DNA of 64,000 nucleotides from Peptococcaceae bacterium UBA5318 (GTDB lineage Bacteria; Bacillota; Peptococcia; DRI-13; UBA5318): NCBI GenBank assembly GCA_002408285.1, contig DHRG01000013.1, positions 4,536 to 68,535 of the forward strand, read 5' to 3'. Shown piece by piece: positions 59,380 to 64,000 of this stretch (position 1 is its first letter; each line of letters starts with the position of its first letter). The notes under the pieces were generated by a model. It saw only the letters and a program-made list of their open reading frames with translations, ran no database searches and was not told where the DNA came from. The position numbers and the translations under genes were made by a program.

Positions 59380-60243
59380 GTGGTTAAGGAATCGTTGTCG
59401 AAAATGTTCGGGTTTAATCATTTAGAAGACAGAAGCGAGCAGATTCGCGAGATAAATATCAGCATGATCAAAAGCAATCCCTTCCAACCACGAAAATATT
59501 TTGACCCGGTACAATTAGATGAACTTGCAAAATCAATTAAGGAACATGGCTTGATTCAGCCAATTATTGTGCGGCCGGTAAACAATTATTTTGAATTGGT
59601 AGCCGGAGAAAGACGGCTAAAAGCCTTACAGATTATTGGGATGGAACAGATACCGGCTATTATCAGACATTTGTCGGACAGGGAAATCGCTGAAATTGCG
59701 CTCATAGAAAACCTGCAGCGGGAAGATCTGAATTATTTTGAGGAAGCTGAAGGCTATAGGAAACTCACTCATGAATTTGCCCTGACGCAGGAGGAAATCG
59801 CCAAAAAAGTGGGCAAGAGCCAATCAACCATTGCCAATAAATTGCGGTTGCTGAAATTACCGGATATCGTTAAAGAAAACCTTTCCACAGAAATAATTAC
59901 GGAACGGCATGCCCGGGCTCTCCTGAAATTACCGACTACTGAGGCCCAGGTCTTTATTTTAAAAGAAATCTATGCAAATGAGCTGAACGTAAGGGATACT
60001 GATCTGCTGGTCGATAAATACCTGGAAGAGATCGGCAAGGAAGAAAGAGATAAGGATGAACAGAAAGAAGGAGAAAAGGGAAAAAGGATCGTCCGGATAT
60101 TTAAAGATATGAGGATTTATGTCAACACGATCCGTTCAGCGGTGACTGCAATCGAAAACACGGGAATGAAGGTTAAAATGCTGGAGAAAAATTATGATGA
60201 ATATTATGAAGTAATTATCCAAATACCCAAGAAAAAGAAATGA
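59380..60243 (+). CDS. noc: ParB-family nucleoid occlusion protein (Noc-like)
   Basis: ...IKSNPFQPRKYFD...LAKSIKEHGLIQPIIVRP...YELVAGERRLKA...ENLQREDLN..., located in the rsmG-soj position typical of noc. The Noc-versus-second-ParB call is based on position. Confidence 0.75.
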   Translation: MVKESLSKMFGFNHLEDRSEQIREINISMIKSNPFQPRKYFDPVQLDELAKSIKEHGLIQPIIVRPVNNYFELVAGERRLKALQIIGMEQIPAIIRHLSDREIAEIALIENLQREDLNYFEEAEGYRKLTHEFALTQEEIAKKVGKSQSTIANKLRLLKLPDIVKENLSTEIITERHARALLKLPTTEAQVFILKEIYANELNVRDTDLLVDKYLEEIGKEERDKDEQKEGEKGKRIVRIFKDMRIYVNTIRSAVTAIENTGMKVKMLEKNYDEYYEVIIQIPKKKK

Positions 60244-60433
60244 AATAATCAAAAGGGATCCGTTCCAAAACAGGCGGTTAGGAAACGGCCCTTTTTTTAT
60301 ACTATCGGAAAGTATAAGTCTTAATAGGATGATAGTATAAGTGCAACTAAGGCTTTCGCCGTCGCCAGAGGCTTGGCGCAAGCCAAGTTTTCTTTATACT
60401 TGTCAGAAGGTATAAGTTAATCTTTGTGGCGGC

Positions 60434-60449
60434 GGTTTCACGTGAAACA
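60434..60449. promoter_or_regulatory. parS-like centromere site GGTTTCACGTGAAACA (upstream of soj)
   Basis: It matches the Firmicute parS consensus TGTTTCACGTGAAACA at 15 of 16 positions. Confidence 0.7.
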
Positions 60450-60562
60450 TTTTTTTTACTGAGGCGTTATAATAATAAACTAAATTTAAAGAAGGAACGG
60501 CTTGAATTGTGTGGAAATTAATATATGCTAGAAATGATCATCTTGGAAATGAGGGTGCTGAC

Positions 60563-61324
60563 ATGGGTAAAATATTTACAGTTGCAAATCAAAAGGGCGG
60601 GGTTGCCAAAACGACTACAGCAATCAATTTAGGCGCATGTTTAGCAACCCAAGGAAAAAAAGTTTTGGTGGTTGATGTTGACCCCCAAGGTAATGCGACC
60701 AGCGGCTTAGGGATCAGTAAGCTAAGCGCCGGCCATTGTATATATGATTGCCTTATTAATGACGTCCCTATCAGAAGTTTGGTTGTTTCCACGCAAATCG
60801 AAGATCTCTCAGTCGTGCCGGCGACGATCCAACTGGCCGGGGCTGAGGTTGAACTGGTTTCGGAGGTTTCACGTGAAACAAAATTAAAAAAGGCCTTGCA
60901 GGAAGTAAAGGACGAATATGATTTTATTATCATTGATTGTCCTCCTTCCTTAGGTTTACTTACCTTGAATGCGATGACGGCTGCGGATAAGATACTTATC
61001 CCTATCCAATGCGAGTACTATGCTTTAGAAGGACTGAGCCAGTTGATGAACACCGTATCTTTAGTAAAAAAGCATCTGAACCCCCAATTGGAGATCGAGG
61101 GGGTCGTCTTGACCATGTTTGATGCGCGTACTAACCTTTCCATTCAAGTGGTGGATGAGGTTAAAGCCTATTTTAAGGACAAAGTGTTTCATTCGATTAT
61201 TCCGCGGAATGTTCGTTTAAGCGAGGCGCCAAGTTATGGGCTTCCGATCAATCTATACGACCCTAAATCAAAAGGTGCAGAACAATACCTAGAGTTAGCT
61301 AAGGAGGTAATTGCGCGTGAATAA
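60563..61324 (+). CDS. soj: Chromosome partitioning ATPase ParA/Soj
   Basis: MGKIFTVANQKGGVAKTTTAINLGA...VLVVDVDPQGNAT...IIIDCPPSLG... Confidence 0.95.
   Translation: MGKIFTVANQKGGVAKTTTAINLGACLATQGKKVLVVDVDPQGNATSGLGISKLSAGHCIYDCLINDVPIRSLVVSTQIEDLSVVPATIQLAGAEVELVSEVSRETKLKKALQEVKDEYDFIIIDCPPSLGLLTLNAMTAADKILIPIQCEYYALEGLSQLMNTVSLVKKHLNPQLEIEGVVLTMFDARTNLSIQVVDEVKAYFKDKVFHSIIPRNVRLSEAPSYGLPINLYDPKSKGAEQYLELAKEVIARE
60865..60880. promoter_or_regulatory. Second, identical parS-like site inside the soj coding sequence
   Basis: The 16-mer GGTTTCACGTGAAACA is identical to the one at 60434-60449. Confidence 0.65.
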
Positions 61325-62213
61325 GACCGGCCTTGGGAAAGGACTTTCCGCCTTGATCCCGGCGGGCACAGACTATTTGGACAAAGATGAACCGGTAAAT
61401 GAAATCGACCTGGAGTTGATTCAGCCTAATTCTTTTCAACCCCGGAGGGCTTTTGACGCAGAAAAACTGACTGAACTGGCCAATTCTATCCGGGAACACG
61501 GCGTTGTGCAGCCTGTAGTGATCAGACCCCTTCGTTTTGGCAAATACGAGCTCGTTGTCGGGGAAAGAAGATTAAGGGCTTGTCAGCAACTGCAAGTCAA
61601 GACGATCCCCGCTGTCATAAAAGAATTTACGAATGAACAGATGATGGAGATTGCCCTGGTAGAAAATATCCAGCGGGAAAACTTGAATCCCGTAGAAGAA
61701 GCCTATGCATATAAAAAACTCATGGGGGAATTCAAATTAACCCAGGAACAGGTAGCCCAAAAAGTATCCAAAAGCCGTTCCTTTGTTGCCAATATGGTCC
61801 GGCTATTGAATTTACCGGATGCTATTCTTCAGCAGTTGTCCCAGAATCAACTGACCATTGGTCATGCCCGTCCTCTCCTGGCCCTTGATAACGATGAAAT
61901 GAAAATTAAGCTGGCCCGGGAAATAATTGACAAAAATTTATCTGTACGGGATACAGAGAGTATGATAAAGAGTATGATCGAAGAAAAAAACAGGGGGAGC
62001 CAGAGCCTTCGCGCAAAGGTAAAGAAACTCCCGCCCACGCTGTTGGAAATAGAATCCAGATTAAGAAGTATTTGTGGGACAAAGGTAACCATTAAAGATT
62101 TGGATGGAAAAGGCCGTATCGAAATAGATTATTATAATGAAGATGACTTGGAGAGGATCATGTCCCTGTTTTTAAAAGACGGGCTGGATGAAGAAACGGG
62201 TGGAACCTTGTGA
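61317..62213 (+). CDS. spo0J: Chromosome partitioning protein ParB/Spo0J
   Basis: ...GLGKGLSALI...IQPNSFQPRRAFD...HGVVQPVVIRP...YELVVGERRLRA...ENIQRENLNP... The GTG at 61317 has AAGGAGG 9 nt upstream. Confidence 0.9.
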   Translation: MNKTGLGKGLSALIPAGTDYLDKDEPVNEIDLELIQPNSFQPRRAFDAEKLTELANSIREHGVVQPVVIRPLRFGKYELVVGERRLRACQQLQVKTIPAVIKEFTNEQMMEIALVENIQRENLNPVEEAYAYKKLMGEFKLTQEQVAQKVSKSRSFVANMVRLLNLPDAILQQLSQNQLTIGHARPLLALDNDEMKIKLAREIIDKNLSVRDTESMIKSMIEEKNRGSQSLRAKVKKLPPTLLEIESRLRSICGTKVTIKDLDGKGRIEIDYYNEDDLERIMSLFLKDGLDEETGGTL

Positions 62214-62433
62214 AAAGAAAACTAACGGTTCCTTTATGCTTGAAATGTTAAAAGAACGATGATAGAATGTTTACATACGGGCACGTTTTAGTTTGCTATG
62301 CCATGATACTAGTGAAAAGAGGTGTTTTTAGTTTAATTTATGAGTATATATGTGCTAGTAATCACAAGTACATATATGCAATTATACAGGTTTCTATTGA
62401 TTTAGAAATAGATCAGTCAAGGGGGAATAAGAA

Positions 62434-62928
62434 ATGAATTGCCAATGCAAATGCAGTTCAGGGAAAGAAGAAAAATATGCTCCAATTGACCGGGTAATTG
62501 AAAAATATCAAGGTCAGGAAGGTGCGCTCATTCCCATACTGCACCAGGTCCAACAGGTGTACGGATATCTGCCTGAGGATATTCAGGCCTATATCGCGGA
62601 AAAGCTTGGGGTATCATTAAGCGAAGTCTATGGGGTTGTTAGTTTCTATGCTCTATTCACCACAGTTCCCAAAGGGAAGCACAGACTGAGTATTTGTCTG
62701 GGAACAGCCTGTTATGTAAAAGGGTCGGGAGAAATTTTGGCCGAATTTGAGAAAAAACTAAATATTAAGGTTGGGGAAACCACGCCGGACGGACTCTTTA
62801 CTCTGGAAGCCTGTCGTTGCTTGGGGGCTTGCGGACTGGCCCCGGTCATGATGGTGGATGAGGATGTCCATGGGCGGCTTGTGGCCGACGATGTGCCAAA
62901 AATTATTAATAAGTATAAAGGAAACTGA
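62434..62928 (+). CDS. NuoE/HndA-like [2Fe-2S] thioredoxin-fold subunit of an NADH-dependent hydrogenase or dehydrogenase
   Basis: ...GALIPILHQVQQVYGYLPED...ICLGTACYVKGSGEIL...LEACRCLGACGLAPVMMVD... Confidence 0.85.
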   Translation: MNCQCKCSSGKEEKYAPIDRVIEKYQGQEGALIPILHQVQQVYGYLPEDIQAYIAEKLGVSLSEVYGVVSFYALFTTVPKGKHRLSICLGTACYVKGSGEILAEFEKKLNIKVGETTPDGLFTLEACRCLGACGLAPVMMVDEDVHGRLVADDVPKIINKYKGN

Positions 62929-62942
62929 GAGGAGGGTTGTTG

Positions 62943-64000
62943 ATGAAATCGATTCAAGAGTTAATGCAGATTAAGGAAAAAATTGAGAATGTTGCTGCAG
63001 AACGGAATAAAAGAGGGATTGCGACAATAGCCGTGCATATGGGCACGTGCGGGATCGCTAACGGAGCGCTTAATGTACTAAGCGCCGTTGAAGAAGAACT
63101 TAAGTTACAAAAGCTTACAGATAAAGTAGCCGTAATTAAAAGCGGCTGCCCAGGCCTTTGTTTCGACGAACCGTTGGTTACGGTTTCCATCCCGGGGAAA
63201 GCATCCTATATATATAGAAAAGTATCCCCGGAAAACGCCAAAAAAATCGTAGCGCAGCATATTGGAAATAACCAACCGGTAACTGAATGGCTGATAAACG
63301 CAGCGGGGGAAAAATTCGAAGAAATCAATTACCTCAAATACCAAAAGAGAATCGTGTTGGCTAATTGCGGTTTTATTGATCCGGAAAAAATCGAAGAATA
63401 CATCGCCCGCGACGGCTATTTTGCCTTAGCGAAATCTATCAAAGAGATGCAACCCGCCGACGTTATCGACATCATCAAAAAATCCGGACTGCGAGGCCGT
63501 GGGGGCGCAGGATTCCCGACAGGAATGAAATGGGAATTTGCTTATAAACAAAACAATCCGCAAAAATATGTTTTGTGTAACGCTGACGAGGGCGACCCCG
63601 GCGCCTTTATGGACCGCAGCGTCCTGGAAGGGGATCCCCATTCGGTCTTGGAAGCGATGGCTATTGCCGGATATGCGATAGGGTCAAATCAAGGGTACAT
63701 TTATGTACGGGCTGAATATCCCATCGCCGTCGAACGTGTAGGGAACGCTATCAAACAAGCGCGGGAAATGGGCTTGTTAGGGAAAAATATCCTGGGTTCC
63801 GATTTCTCCTTCGATATTGATATCCGCTTAGGAGCGGGCGCCTTTGTGTGCGGTGAAGAAACAGCCCTGATGACCTCGGTCGAAGGCAAACGGGGCGAGC
63901 CCAGATACAGACCGCCCTTCCCGGCTATCGCAGGATTATGGGGCAAGCCTACCATTTTGAACAACGTAGAAACCTATGCCAACATTCACCATATTATTTT
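62943..64000 (+). CDS. Partial NuoF/HndC/HydB-like NADH-binding flavoprotein subunit (3' end beyond the window) with an N-terminal thioredoxin-like [2Fe-2S] domain
   Basis: My own translation from the ATG at 62943 (GGAGGG ribosome-binding site) gives MKSIQELMQIKEKI...IAVHMGTCGIANGA...SGCPGLCFDEP..., then ...SGLRGRGGAGFPTGMKWEF...YVLCNADEGDPGAFMDRSVLEGDPH...GAGAFVCGEETALM... The frame is open to position 64000. Confidence 0.85.
   Translation, partial: MKSIQELMQIKEKIENVAAERNKRGIATIAVHMGTCGIANGALNVLSAVEEELKLQKLTDKVAVIKSGCPGLCFDEPLVTVSIPGKASYIYRKVSPENAKKIVAQHIGNNQPVTEWLINAAGEKFEEINYLKYQKRIVLANCGFIDPEKIEEYIARDGYFALAKSIKEMQPADVIDIIKKSGLRGRGGAGFPTGMKWEFAYKQNNPQKYVLCNADEGDPGAFMDRSVLEGDPHSVLEAMAIAGYAIGSNQGYIYVRAEYPIAVERVGNAIKQAREMGLLGKNILGSDFSFDIDIRLGAGAFVCGEETALMTSVEGKRGEPRYRPPFPAIAGLWGKPTILNNVETYANIHHII

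Noticed and set aside
62340-62380. The imperfect inverted repeat GTATATATGTGCT...AGTACATATATGC upstream of the nuoE-like gene, considered as a Rex operator.
   Set aside because: It does not match the TTGTGAA-N4-TTCACAA Rex consensus and the arms carry two mismatches. I kept it only as a weak, unassigned palindrome.

Overview
The window joins two very different pieces of DNA. The right part (about 38.9-64 kb, roughly 40-47% GC in hand-counted 60-nt lines) is the replication-origin region of a low-GC Firmicute, probably a clostridial or Peptococcaceae-like anaerobe. Reading rightward it carries tRNA-Ser, serS, serA behind a T-box leader, ackA, gyrA, a receiver-only response regulator, gyrB, remB-like DUF370, recF, dnaN, dnaA with DnaA-box clusters on both sides, rpmH, rnpA, yidD, yidC, jag, mnmE, mnmG, rsmG, noc, soj, spo0J with two identical parS-like sites, and nuoE/nuoF-like genes. 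The left part (about 6.2-36.5 kb, roughly 57-63% GC in hand-counted lines) looks like a foreign island next to tRNA-Ser. It is bordered by low-GC debris: an integrase remnant, a toxin-antitoxin pair with a broken toxin, FRG- and Fic-like fragments and a truncated methyltransferase. The island encodes a PUFA-synthase-like iterative PKS split over four proteins (KS-AT-ACP, KR-DH, DH-acyltransferase, PfaD enoyl reductase). These genes are interleaved with a private phospholipid line (CdsA, PssA-like, Psd), a 1419-aa fused BCR/HAD-family protein resembling the PlsA/PlsR ether-lipid enzymes, and a B12-type radical SAM enzyme. It also encodes an ABC exporter fused to a cyclic-nucleotide-binding domain, a co-oriented CHASE2 cyclase / MBL hydrolase / NHL / FecR module, and two tandem AraC paralogs. 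I consider this a candidate, apparently undescribed, cNMP-linked system for making and exporting a specialised (ether, branched or long-chain) membrane lipid. Other observations are a three-copy structured repeat family, a 17-nt motif in three island promoter regions, a 3x21-bp tandem repeat upstream of rnpA, and two frame-disrupted genes. The leftmost 4.8 kb holds a metal/Fe-S-related cluster (DUF134, DUF1847, DUF5320, DtxR, ArsR, ferredoxins). All homology calls come from reading the translations by eye. No searches were run.
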